A stretch of 64,000 bases of DNA, taken from an uncultured Alphaproteobacteria bacterium (GTDB taxonomy: Bacteria; Pseudomonadota; Alphaproteobacteria; MPNO01; UBA2964). Below, piece by piece: positions 54,466 through 64,000 of this stretch. Each line of letters opens with the position of its first letter. Within the stretch, counting starts at the first letter, position 1. A model generated the notes under the pieces. That model worked only from the letters and a program-made list of their open reading frames with translations, ran no database searches and had not been told where the DNA came from. A program made the translations under genes and the position numbers. The stretch covers positions 320,335 to 384,334 of the forward strand of contig OX638326.1 in NCBI GenBank assembly GCA_951812775.1, written 5' to 3'.

Positions 54466-55505
54466 ACAACGCCGCTGAAGGGATTAAGCCCCTTCTCAAT
54501 AAAGTCGCCGGTGGTCATGCACTCAGCGAACCCGAAGCAGAAAATGCTTTTGACATCATCATGTCAGGGGACGCAACGCCGGCACAAATCGGTGCTTTCC
54601 TTATGGCCCTGAGGGTTCGAGGGGAATCTGTAGAAGAAATTACAGCTGCTGCCCGTATCATGCGATCCAAGGCACTCATGATATCTGCCCCGGAAAACGC
54701 TATTGATGTCGTTGGTACCGGCGGCGATGCTAGTGGGACACTCAATATTTCCACTGGGTCAGCTATCGTCGTCGCAGGCTGTGGCATTCCCATTGCAAAA
54801 CACGGAAATCGTGCACTGTCTTCGCGCGCAGGTGCCGCAGATGTCCTTGGTGCATTAGGGGTAAATATCGACTGCGACATGCCCCTGATCGAAAAATCAA
54901 TCCGAGAAGCAGGCATTGGCTTCATGATGGCTCCCAGACATCACAGCGCTACCCGCCACGTGGCGGGCCCGCGCGTCGAACTCGCGACCCGCACAATTTT
55001 TAATATACTGGGCCCACTCTCAAACCCCGCGGGCGTCAACCGACTTCTCGTCGGCGTCTTCGCCAAAGAATGGGTGGAGCCAATGGCTGAGGTGCTCGGT
55101 AAACTCGGTGCCGAAAAAGCCTGGGTTATTCATGGGTCCGACGGGATCGATGAGCTGACCACGACAGGACCATCATATGTCTCCGCCTATGAAAACGGCG
55201 AGGTTACAAACTTTGAAGTATCCCCCACTGACGCCGGAATACCACTGTCGAATTCTGAAGACCTAAAAGGGGGAGATGCTCAGGAAAACGCCAAAGCCAT
55301 GATCGCCATGCTGAGCGGTGAGAAAGGGGCCTTCCGGGATATTGTTATCTATACTGCCACCGCCGCGTTGATTGTTGCAGACAAAGCCAGCGATCTGAAA
55401 GAAGGAGCGGCAATCGCCGCAGACGCCATCGACAGCGGCAAAGCACAAAAAGCCTTGGACACGATGGTCACCATCACTAATGAAGGCAATGCTACGGAAG
55501 CTTGA
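54462..55505 (+). CDS. trpD: Anthranilate phosphoribosyltransferase
   Basis: GTGGD, KHGNR, RTIFNILGPL, DGIDE. Confidence 0.97.
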   Translation: MNNAAEGIKPLLNKVAGGHALSEPEAENAFDIIMSGDATPAQIGAFLMALRVRGESVEEITAAARIMRSKALMISAPENAIDVVGTGGDASGTLNISTGSAIVVAGCGIPIAKHGNRALSSRAGAADVLGALGVNIDCDMPLIEKSIREAGIGFMMAPRHHSATRHVAGPRVELATRTIFNILGPLSNPAGVNRLLVGVFAKEWVEPMAEVLGKLGAEKAWVIHGSDGIDELTTTGPSYVSAYENGEVTNFEVSPTDAGIPLSNSEDLKGGDAQENAKAMIAMLSGEKGAFRDIVIYTATAALIVADKASDLKEGAAIAADAIDSGKAQKALDTMVTITNEGNATEA

Positions 55506-56329
55506 TGGACAACGTTTTAGATCGCATCTGCGCCGATAAGCGTAAACACGTAGAAGCCTGCAAGGCGCTACGCTCCGCCGAACAGGTTGAAACAGTTGCC
55601 CGTGGAATGTCCCCGCCTCGAGGTTTTGCCGGCGCGCTTAAAAAGGCATCTCAAAACGGCTACGGTCTGATTTCTGAAATTAAACGCTCGTCTCCAAGCA
55701 AAGGCCTAATTCGATCGGATTTCGACCCGGCTGTTCTAGCGCAAGCATACCAAGCAGGAGGTGCAACCTGTATTTCGGTTCTTACCGATACGCCCTACTT
55801 TGAAGGCACTGATGAACATTTAGTTCTGGCAAGAAATACTGTTGATTTACCAATCCTGCGCAAGGATTTCATGCTTGATCCCTACCAGATACACGAAGCG
55901 CGAGCTTTGGGAGCTGATTGCATTTTGCTCATCATGGCAGCCCTTTCTCAAAACGACGCCAAATCCCTCGAAAAACTTGCAATGTCTCTGGGAATGGATG
56001 TTTTGCTCGAAGTACACAATGAGACCGAGTTAGAGCAAGCATTGTCCCTAAAATCATCACTTATCGGTATCAATAACCGAAATCTTAAAACCCTGAAAAC
56101 TGATATCAACACGACAAAGCAACTCGCCAAACTAGTTCCATCGGATAGGCTTCTCATTTCTGAAAGCGGCCTATACACGTCGGAAAACCTTGCTGAAATG
56201 GCAATTGCGGGCGCAAGATGTTTTCTCATCGGAGAATCTCTTATGCGTCAGGATGACGTCGCTGAAGCTGTTAGGAACCTGCTTTCCCATCCCGTCGCAC
56301 CTGCGGAACAAATGGCAAAATCACAATGA
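55505..56329 (+). CDS. trpC: Indole-3-glycerol phosphate synthase
   Basis: [26 protein letters not shown]. Confidence 0.97.
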   Translation: MDNVLDRICADKRKHVEACKALRSAEQVETVARGMSPPRGFAGALKKASQNGYGLISEIKRSSPSKGLIRSDFDPAVLAQAYQAGGATCISVLTDTPYFEGTDEHLVLARNTVDLPILRKDFMLDPYQIHEARALGADCILLIMAALSQNDAKSLEKLAMSLGMDVLLEVHNETELEQALSLKSSLIGINNRNLKTLKTDINTTKQLAKLVPSDRLLISESGLYTSENLAEMAIAGARCFLIGESLMRQDDVAEAVRNLLSHPVAPAEQMAKSQ

Positions 56330-56823
56330 CCAAAGAACCTCGCCTTAGCCATATCGATGAAGACGGCAAAGCGGTGATGGTAGACGTTTCGGCCAAGGAA
56401 ACTTCGAGCCGAATTGCTACGGCGAGGGGCACAGTCCTGATGCAACCAAAGACCATGGCCCTTGTTCAAGAAGGCGGCATGAAAAAGGGTGATGTTCTTT
56501 CGGTCGCTCGTCTCGCCGGCATTATGGGGGCGAAGAAAACACCGGAGTTGATACCTCTTTGCCACCCCTTCGCCCTTCAAAAAATTGATATAGAGTTCTC
56601 ACTTGACCCTGATCGCAATGCCATTGATATCGAAGCAACATGCAAGGTATCCGGGCAAACAGGGGTTGAGATGGAGGCGCTTACTGCCGTCTCCGTCGCA
56701 GCTCTAACAATATATGACATGTGCAAGGCCGTTGATCGCACGATGCAGCTAACTGACATCCGGCTTCTCGCGAAATCGGGGGGACAATCTGGGGATTTCC
56801 GAGCGGACGGACACGACCAATGA
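56326..56823 (+). CDS. moaC: Cyclic pyranopterin monophosphate synthase
   Basis: [30 protein letters not shown]. Confidence 0.97.
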   Translation: MTKEPRLSHIDEDGKAVMVDVSAKETSSRIATARGTVLMQPKTMALVQEGGMKKGDVLSVARLAGIMGAKKTPELIPLCHPFALQKIDIEFSLDPDRNAIDIEATCKVSGQTGVEMEALTAVSVAALTIYDMCKAVDRTMQLTDIRLLAKSGGQSGDFRADGHDQ

Positions 56824-58037
56824 TCTCGGTAGAAGAAGCAAAAAATAAAATTAAGGCGGATATGCCCTTAATGCCGCCGGAACAGGTCTCACTTTCCGAA
56901 GCACTCGGCCGTGTCCTGGCAAATGATGTTGTGGCAAGAAGGACCCAACCACCTCATGCTGTATCAGCGATGGATGGTTATGCTGTTCAGTCGAATGACG
57001 TGAAAAATTTACCGGTAACGCTCAAAGTCGTTGGTCATCTTCCTGCAGGCCAGTCCTTCGAGGGCTCAGTAGGCCCCGGTGAAGCCGTCCGAATTTTTAC
57101 CGGCGCAGCAGTACCCGTTGGCGCTGATACGATCATTATTCAAGAAAACACCGAACGAAACGAGGGTCAGGTAACCGTTATTGATGGCGACGCTCCCAAA
57201 GGACGCTTCATCAGACCCGCCGGCCTTGATTTCTCAGAAGGCGACCTGCTTCTTTCAGCAGGCCGTATTTTAACAGCGCGCGACATCGGATTGGCCGCTG
57301 GTATGAATGTTCCCTGGCTTTCAGTCAGAAGAAGACCACGGATTGCCATACTGGCGACAGGTGATGAAATAGTAATGCCCGGTGACCCTATTGGTCCCAA
57401 CCAAATCGTCAGTTCCAACGGCCCCGCGCTCGCGGGCTTTATAACCGCATTAGGCGGCATTCCCGCAGATCTCGGCATCGCCCCAGACTCGGAAGATACG
57501 CTCCGGGTTATGGCCGAAGGTGCCAAGGGCGCAGACATGCTTATCACCTGCGGTGGAGCGTCCGTTGGAGATCATGATCTTGTTCAGAAAGTTCTGGGCA
57601 AAATTGGACTTGAAATTGACTTTTGGCGTATCGCCATGCGCCCGGGAAAACCTTTGATGTTCGGGCACATCGGTGAAACCAGAATGCTGGGCCTCCCCGG
57701 CAATCCTGTTTCGTCCTTGGTTTGTGCCACGATTTTTCTTGGCCCCGCCCTGAATGCAATGTTGGGGAGCACTTCTGAAGACGCTATTTTCGAGACGGCT
57801 AATCTGGCAACGTCACTGCCCGAAAACGATGAACGCGAAGATTATTTGCGCGCTTCTTTGCAAAGAAATGAGAATGGTGTCCCCGTTGTCTCGCCCTTCA
57901 ACAAACAAGACAGCTCGGTCTTTTCCGGCCTGGCACGCGCCGACGCATTAATCATTAGAGAACCATTTGCCCCGGCAATCAATGAAGGCCAGCAAGTCCG
58001 AATTATGAAGTTAGGCGGCAGCGTCTTAAGCATCTGA
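56820..58037 (+). CDS. moeA: Molybdopterin molybdotransferase MoeA
   Basis: [34 protein letters not shown]. Confidence 0.96.
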   Translation: MISVEEAKNKIKADMPLMPPEQVSLSEALGRVLANDVVARRTQPPHAVSAMDGYAVQSNDVKNLPVTLKVVGHLPAGQSFEGSVGPGEAVRIFTGAAVPVGADTIIIQENTERNEGQVTVIDGDAPKGRFIRPAGLDFSEGDLLLSAGRILTARDIGLAAGMNVPWLSVRRRPRIAILATGDEIVMPGDPIGPNQIVSSNGPALAGFITALGGIPADLGIAPDSEDTLRVMAEGAKGADMLITCGGASVGDHDLVQKVLGKIGLEIDFWRIAMRPGKPLMFGHIGETRMLGLPGNPVSSLVCATIFLGPALNAMLGSTSEDAIFETANLATSLPENDEREDYLRASLQRNENGVPVVSPFNKQDSSVFSGLARADALIIREPFAPAINEGQQVRIMKLGGSVLSI

Positions 58038-58075
58038 TTCGAAAATGGTCCAGTTACCAGCTTGACCGAAAAATA

Positions 58076-58114
58076 GAACTAAACTAGAACATCAACAATG
58101 TTTTTGTTTTGTTC
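58076..58114. promoter_or_regulatory. Alphaproteobacterial SOS boxes upstream of lexA
   Basis: GAAC-N7-GAAC at 58076-58090 and GTTT-N7-GTTC at 58100-58114; TTGACC at 58062-58067. Confidence 0.85.
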
Positions 58115-58153
58115 TCAGCTTAGTCGCTGAGACTTTTATTGCCGGGGCCCGAA

Positions 58154-58843
58154 ATGTTGACCAAAAAGCAGTATGATTTACTTCAATTTATTGACAATCA
58201 TTTGAAGTCACGTGGTGTTTCGCCATCCTTTGATGAAATGAAGGACGCATTAGGCCTCAAATCAAAATCTGGCATACATCGGCTTATTACGGGTCTGGAG
58301 GAACGTGGATTTATTCGTCGCTTGCCCCATCGTGCCAGGGCTCTTGAAGTCATCCAATTACCAGAGAACTTGAAACAGCCTGAAAGAGTCAGTTCGGGCT
58401 TTACCCCAAATGTGATTGAAGGTGGTTTTAAAGAAGAACCGGCAGATCAATCCGGGGATAGCGTCATCCAAGTCCCTCTGTATGGGCGTATCGCAGCGGG
58501 CTTGCCAATTGAAGCAATACGAGACGATACCGCCACCACAGATGTTCCTGCAGGTATGTTGGGCCGAGGTGATCATTATGCTCTGGAAGTCCAGGGCGAT
58601 TCCATGATCGATGCCAGCATACATGATGGTGACATTGCCATTATTGAACGGCGCGACAATGCTGACAATGGAACTATTGTCGTTGCGCTTGTTGATGAGA
58701 ACGAAGTCACATTAAAACGACTGCGGCGAAAGGGTCAGTCAATAGCCCTCGAACCAGCCAATGAACAACATGAAACCCGAATTTTTAGCCCTGACAGAGT
58801 AAAAGTACAAGGGCGTCTCAAGGCCATATTACGTCAATATTAG
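58154..58843 (+). CDS. lexA: SOS repressor LexA
   Basis: [26 protein letters not shown] cleavage site, GDSM, TLKR. Confidence 0.97.
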   Translation: MLTKKQYDLLQFIDNHLKSRGVSPSFDEMKDALGLKSKSGIHRLITGLEERGFIRRLPHRARALEVIQLPENLKQPERVSSGFTPNVIEGGFKEEPADQSGDSVIQVPLYGRIAAGLPIEAIRDDTATTDVPAGMLGRGDHYALEVQGDSMIDASIHDGDIAIIERRDNADNGTIVVALVDENEVTLKRLRRKGQSIALEPANEQHETRIFSPDRVKVQGRLKAILRQY

Positions 58844-60996
58844 GGACGAGACTTTCTGTTACTCTTATACTCGCGTGGAAAACGTGACCAAGGACGTAGC
58901 TTACCGCTCCCGCCATTTGAATTTATAATTACCCTATCAGGGTAAAGATAGACAACGTGGTTTCCATTGCGCCACAAGTCGAAACGATCAATTACGTTGT
59001 CAGCAGTGCTGCAGTTTCTGCGGGCGATTGGTATCGTTGAAACGACGACATCCGCTTTCAGACAATCCTCAGAAATGGCAGCTGGATGCCAAAGAAGCGC
59101 CCCTGAATTCCCATTCTTTCGAAATACGCAGCCAAGACTGTCGCAACGGATATTACCCTGCCCACTTATGTTGCGATAGCGTATTGGTTCCTGAAATTTG
59201 TTGCCAGTTCGTCGCAACCAGGTATCCCCGACGATTCCTCTTCGCCCTTTCACGAAGACCAGTTCTCCGTTCGCTTGCCTGATCGCAATCTGATTTCCTG
59301 TCGATGAGATATACATGTCCGGAATTGGTAAGCCCGGCATAAGAAACATTGCGATCACAATCGGTATCAACCCTAAATACCTCACCGATTGTTGCCAAAG
59401 ACAGAGCCACAACCCGCCAAATGTTATCGCAACAAGAAGCCAACCGTTCATTGCCGATTGGGTATAGATTGCATCAGGAATATTCTGAACGAATTGGGCG
59501 ACGCCCACGACTCCTTCAATTCCGATACCCATCGCCATTAGCGGATAACTCTCCAATCCAAAGGGCATGGATACAACTGACAGGATTGCAAAAGGCATAA
59601 TCCAGAAACCAGTTATTGGAACGGCAAGAATATTAGCCAGAATGCTGTAAAGCGCGACTTGGTTGAAATGAAACAACGCAAACGGTGCCGTTGCCAAACC
59701 CGCGACAACTGTCGTGATCAGAACTCCCGCAAAATAAAGTGAAATTCGCCCTAATGTTGTACGAGCCCCGTTGCGCGCACCGAATGTTCCAGAAATGCCC
59801 TCATAAACAGCAACCAACGCGATGACGGCGGCAAACGACATTTGAAAACTAACATTGAAAAGGCTTTCCGGTGCAATGAACAATATGACACACCCCGCCC
59901 AGGCAACCAGGTGCATTGAGATCGCACGCCGATCTAGGATGACAGCGGCAAGAACGAGGCCGAGCATTAAAAAGGCCCGCTGTGTCGGCAGTGTCATTCC
60001 AGAAATTAGTAAGTAAAAAAAGCTGCCAATTAGTGCGATTACAGCCGCCCACTTCTTTATTGGATATTTGAGCGCCAAGAACTCTATTGAGGCCAATCCA
60101 AAACGAACAACCAAAAACAGAATTCCTGCTACCAGGCCGATATGCAGTCCCGAAATAGCCAGCAAATGGGCCAACCCTGACTCCCTCATTGCAGACAATA
60201 TATTTTCGGGAATATTTCCCCGTTCTCCCGTAATCAGAGCTGCTGAAATACTTCCGTTGACACCCGGAAGACTTAACAAAATCCGTTCTGTCAACATTTG
60301 ACGGATGCTGACGACATAGGTTCTTAGGTCGCTTTCCGCTCGACGTTCGAGGATTTCAGGATTGCTTACCGCATAACCGACACCACCGATCTGCTTGAAA
60401 TAAGCCTGTCGAGCAAAATTAAAGGCGCCTGGCATCGCTGGTCCCGCCGGAGGATATAGAACAGCCCGAACACGTATCTTGTCACCAGCTTTTACCAACG
60501 TACGACCGCTTTTGACGGTTATACGAACAGATGCAGGACTGCCCCAATTGGACAAACGATCAATGCTCAGATTTGAAAGCGTAACCCTGTAATGGCCCGC
60601 TTTAGGTTCCCACCGCAGGACAGTACCAACGACCCAGACGGGCCCAACTTTTTTTTCGATTACTGGTGCATGAACGGAAAGAGTACGAACTTGGGCGGCC
60701 GAAAACCCAACAATTGGTATAAAAAACAACAGCAGAATAAGGCGCCCCAACCTTTTTCTCGTAACCAATAACCAACAGCTACCGAGGATTATTAGCAACG
60801 ACGGCGCCAACCATATGGATGGTTCATGATCCCATTGGAAATAAACCGCAATACCACAAGCCATGAGTACCGGGCACCAAAGGACCCAGCGCAACCGTTC
60901 TTTGACTAACCAAGCCAAGAATTTCGCGCTGACACTGCACTCGGGTGAGGTCGTGTCACCTACCAGGTCTTTAGGGGCGTTACTGTTTGTGGCCAT
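58840..60996 (-). CDS. comEC: ComEC/Rec2 family competence protein
   Basis: [18 protein letters not shown], many TM segments; ATG at 60996 preferred to avoid overlap with gltX. Confidence 0.92.
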   Translation of the reverse strand: MATNSNAPKDLVGDTTSPECSVSAKFLAWLVKERLRWVLWCPVLMACGIAVYFQWDHEPSIWLAPSLLIILGSCWLLVTRKRLGRLILLLFFIPIVGFSAAQVRTLSVHAPVIEKKVGPVWVVGTVLRWEPKAGHYRVTLSNLSIDRLSNWGSPASVRITVKSGRTLVKAGDKIRVRAVLYPPAGPAMPGAFNFARQAYFKQIGGVGYAVSNPEILERRAESDLRTYVVSIRQMLTERILLSLPGVNGSISAALITGERGNIPENILSAMRESGLAHLLAISGLHIGLVAGILFLVVRFGLASIEFLALKYPIKKWAAVIALIGSFFYLLISGMTLPTQRAFLMLGLVLAAVILDRRAISMHLVAWAGCVILFIAPESLFNVSFQMSFAAVIALVAVYEGISGTFGARNGARTTLGRISLYFAGVLITTVVAGLATAPFALFHFNQVALYSILANILAVPITGFWIMPFAILSVVSMPFGLESYPLMAMGIGIEGVVGVAQFVQNIPDAIYTQSAMNGWLLVAITFGGLWLCLWQQSVRYLGLIPIVIAMFLMPGLPIPDMYISSTGNQIAIRQANGELVFVKGRRGIVGDTWLRRTGNKFQEPIRYRNISGQGNIRCDSLGCVFRKNGNSGALLWHPAAISEDCLKADVVVSTIPIARRNCSTADNVIDRFDLWRNGNHVVYLYPDRVIINSNGGSGKLRPWSRFPREYKSNRKSRP

Positions 60997-61156
60997 GACT
61001 GCTGTTAAAATAGTTACACTGAGGCCAAATGATATTATGAGTTTCTGCTTTCTTCTACTTTCAGTTGCTGAATTACTCTGGACCCCCGACAAGTAATGCA
61101 CGGTCTGCGTAGATGTGTTATCCCCCCAATGTCTCCGACCGAAAGTAAGTTGCACT

Positions 61157-62560
61157 ATGAACGTCGTAACAAGATTTGCCCCCTCTCCCACAGGTTTTCT
61201 CCATATTGGAGGAGCACGCACCGCCCTGTTTAACTGGCTATTTGCCCGTCATTATGGCGGAAAATTCTTACTGCGTATCGAAGACACAGACCGCAAACGG
61301 TCTACAGAGGAGGCCATTGATGCAATATTGAATGGATTGAGCTGGCTAGAACTCGATGCCGACGAACAGCCAGTATTTCAGTCGGCAAATATTAAACGAC
61401 ATACTGAAATCGCGAACGAACTTTTAGAAACAGGTAATGCGTACCATTGTTATTGTTCACCGGAGGAACTGGCAGAAATGCGCGAAAAAGCTCGTGCCTC
61501 AGGTAGTGCGCGACTTTATGACGGTACCTGGCGAGACAAGAATCTTAATGATGCCCCCTCTGACATCCAGCCGGTAGTGCGATTTAAGGCCCCCTTGGAA
61601 GGCGAAACCGTCATTCAGGATCTCGTACAAGGCACCGTTACGGTGTCAAATACCGAACTCGATGACATGATATTGCTGCGGGCGGATGGATCACCGATCT
61701 ACATGCTCTCGGTAGTCGTTGATGATCACGATATGGGTATCACCCACGCCATCCGAGGCGATGACCACCTGACCAACGCCTTTAGGCAAACTCAGCTCTT
61801 CCATGCAATTGGATGGGCACCACCGGAATATGCCCACATTCCTCTAATACATGGCCCGGACGGTGCAAAACTGTCGAAAAGACATGGCGCTCTTGGTATC
61901 GAGGCCTATCGTGACATGGGATATTTACCGGAAGCCCTACTAAATTATCTCATGCGGCTTGGTTGGAGCCACGGTGACGATGAAATCATCTCATTGAAAG
62001 ACGCCATTAACTGGTTCGAAATTCAAGATGTCGGGCGCGGCGCAGCACGCATCGATTTTGACAAACTTTCGTCAGTTAACGCCCATTACATTCGCGAGGC
62101 GACTGATCTAGCACTTGCTACATTAATCCAAGACGCAGTTGCGGAGAAAACTCAAAGAACCTTCGATCCATCCATGTCAGAGCGTCTAGTCCAAGCCGTC
62201 GCGGGATTAAAACCCCGTGCGAAGACAATTACTGAACTAATTGAAAATTCTTTATTTTATTTTTACCCCCGGCCGATAAAAATCAATTCGAAAGCTGAAA
62301 AATCATTGGATAGCGAAGCACGTGAGCGTCTTGAGCGACTAGCAAAGGTCCTCGCAGAACTCTCACAATGGTCAGAAGAAGCAGTGAATGTTGCTATACA
62401 CGAGTTTGCAGAGAGCGAAGGCATTAAATTGGGTAAAATTGCGCAGCCATTGCGTGCCGCCCTCACGGGCACGACGGTCTCACCTGGTATCTTTGAAGTT
62501 GCAGCAGTTCTGGGACAGGACGAAACCATCGGACGTCTCAAGGATGTGACAAGCAATTAA
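61157..62560 (+). CDS. gltX: Glutamate--tRNA ligase
   Basis: RFAPSPTGFLHIGG, RIEDTD, KLSKR. Confidence 0.97.
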   Translation: MNVVTRFAPSPTGFLHIGGARTALFNWLFARHYGGKFLLRIEDTDRKRSTEEAIDAILNGLSWLELDADEQPVFQSANIKRHTEIANELLETGNAYHCYCSPEELAEMREKARASGSARLYDGTWRDKNLNDAPSDIQPVVRFKAPLEGETVIQDLVQGTVTVSNTELDDMILLRADGSPIYMLSVVVDDHDMGITHAIRGDDHLTNAFRQTQLFHAIGWAPPEYAHIPLIHGPDGAKLSKRHGALGIEAYRDMGYLPEALLNYLMRLGWSHGDDEIISLKDAINWFEIQDVGRGAARIDFDKLSSVNAHYIREATDLALATLIQDAVAEKTQRTFDPSMSERLVQAVAGLKPRAKTITELIENSLFYFYPRPIKINSKAEKSLDSEARERLERLAKVLAELSQWSEEAVNVAIHEFAESEGIKLGKIAQPLRAALTGTTVSPGIFEVAAVLGQDETIGRLKDVTSN

Positions 62561-62679
62561 ACCCGAATGATTGAATTAACTGAATTAATCCGCTATTTTC
62601 CCGGCACCTCCAATCTTAACCATATTGCGCTACTGCACAGAAGCCGGGGCTTCCGCAAGCGCTACGAAGGGTAAACCGT

Positions 62680-64000
62680 ATGAGCCAGAAATCCTCCGCT
62701 GCGGGAACGGCATCAAACAGCAACGTCACCGTCACTGACAATGTTTCGGGCAAAGAGTCTACATTTCCTATTCTGACGGGGACAGAGGGCCCGCCAGTCA
62801 TCGATATACGTCGCCTTTACGCGGAAACTGGTTATTTTACTTACGACCCGGGATTTGTCGCGACTGGCAGCTGTGAGTCAAAAATAACCTATATCGACGG
62901 CGATAACGGAATCTTGCTTCATCGTGGTTATCCGATCGAGCAACTTGCAGAAAAAAGTGACTTCCTCGAAGTGTGCTATTTACTTCTTTATGGGGAGCTT
63001 CCGAACCTGGAGCAAAAAACTGAATTTGACCGTGCAATTACTTTGCACACGATGTTGCATGAGCAATTGACCAATTTTTATCGGGGATTCCGCCGAGATG
63101 CTCATCCTATGGCGATTATGTGTGGGGTCGTTGGTGCATTATCGGCTTTCTATCACGATAGCACCGATATTTCTGATCCCCATCAACGCATGGTAGCGTC
63201 CTATCGAATGGTCGCGAAAATGCCAACAATCGCCGGTTGGGCCTACAAATACTCTCTCGGCCAACCTTTCATCTATCCACGAAACGATCTTGGATTTGCT
63301 GAGAACTTCCTTCACATGATGTTTGCTACACCATGCGAAGATTATGAAATTAACCCGATCATCGCAAAAGCTATGGATCGCATTTTAATATTGCATGCTG
63401 ACCATGAGCAAAATGCCTCGACCTCTACCGTACGCTTGACGGGCTCAAGTGGCGCAAACCCATTCGCATGCATTTCCGCTGGGATTGCCAGCCTTTGGGG
63501 GCCTGCCCATGGTGGTGCCAACGAAGCAGTTTTGAATATGCTTGGAGAGATTGGCAGCAAAGATAATATTCATAGCTATATCAAAAAAGCGAAAGATCCC
63601 GACGACCCATTCCGGATCATGGGATTTGGACACCGTGTTTACAAGAACTTTGACCCGCGCGCTAAAATCACGCAGGAAACATGCCATTCAGTTCTAGATG
63701 AACTCGACATCCGTGATGAGCCCCTCCTGGACCTCGCTATGGAACTGGAACGAATTGCTCTGGAAGATGAGTATTTTGTCGACCGTAAACTCTATCCAAA
63801 TGTCGATTTCTACTCAGGCATTATTTTCCAGGCTCTCGGCATTCCTACCACGATGTTTACAGTGTTATTTGCTGTGGCCCGTACGGTTGGGTGGATCGCG
63901 CAATGGAACGAAATGATTGAAGATCCAAGCCAGAAAATTGGCCGCCCAAGGCAGCTCTATACCGGTGCTGATCGGCGAGACCATATGCCCGTTTCTGAGC
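62680..64000 (+). CDS. gltA: Citrate synthase (stop just beyond the window)
   Basis: Hand-read frame from ATG 62680: [53 protein letters not shown]. Confidence 0.97.
   Translation, partial: MSQKSSAAGTASNSNVTVTDNVSGKESTFPILTGTEGPPVIDIRRLYAETGYFTYDPGFVATGSCESKITYIDGDNGILLHRGYPIEQLAEKSDFLEVCYLLLYGELPNLEQKTEFDRAITLHTMLHEQLTNFYRGFRRDAHPMAIMCGVVGALSAFYHDSTDISDPHQRMVASYRMVAKMPTIAGWAYKYSLGQPFIYPRNDLGFAENFLHMMFATPCEDYEINPIIAKAMDRILILHADHEQNASTSTVRLTGSSGANPFACISAGIASLWGPAHGGANEAVLNMLGEIGSKDNIHSYIKKAKDPDDPFRIMGFGHRVYKNFDPRAKITQETCHSVLDELDIRDEPLLDLAMELERIALEDEYFVDRKLYPNVDFYSGIIFQALGIPTTMFTVLFAVARTVGWIAQWNEMIEDPSQKIGRPRQLYTGADRRDHMPVSE

Noticed and set aside
60997..61221. N-terminal extension of ComEC overlapping gltX
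   Set aside because: Longest-ORF artefact; ATG 60996 and ATG 61157 give a normal divergent pair.

Overview
Alphaproteobacterial chromosome segment (Rhodospirillales-like gene order), apparently spanning the replication terminus: a candidate dif site lies at 19584-19611, and gene orientation and the GGGNAGGG octamers I spotted converge on it. Most of the window is conserved housekeeping DNA: mltB-rlpA-dac-tmk-holB-metG, tatD-mazG, dusB-ntrBC-ntrYX-trkA-dat-hfq-hflX, ispDF-pgpA-cinA, tpiA-secG-pyrG-kdsA-eno-ftsB-pdhABC-lpdA-lipA, ppiD-trpE/G/D/C-moaC-moeA-lexA, comEC, gltX, gltA. The accessory part is a ~7.6 kb, visibly GC-richer island (10477-18070) between a TctC/Bug gene and tatD. It is bounded by identical 20-bp direct repeats that are the outer end of a Tn3-family terminal IR. 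It carries nested ISAs1, Tn3, methyltransferase and plasmid-HTH fragments, a 58-bp perfect palindrome, and a decaying type II-C CRISPR-Cas locus (frameshifted cas9, intact cas1/cas2, one full repeat, tracrRNA). The most notable signal is upstream of cas9. A degenerate CRISPR repeat forms a near-consensus sigma70 promoter for the short tracrRNA. If read through from an upstream promoter, it would fold with the anti-repeat into a natural single-guide RNA whose only exposed 9-nt seed (AGTCTGTTG) matches the predicted cas9 transcription start. This is a candidate Cas9 autorepression circuit in a type II-C system. All calls are by eye; no database searches or folding programs were run.
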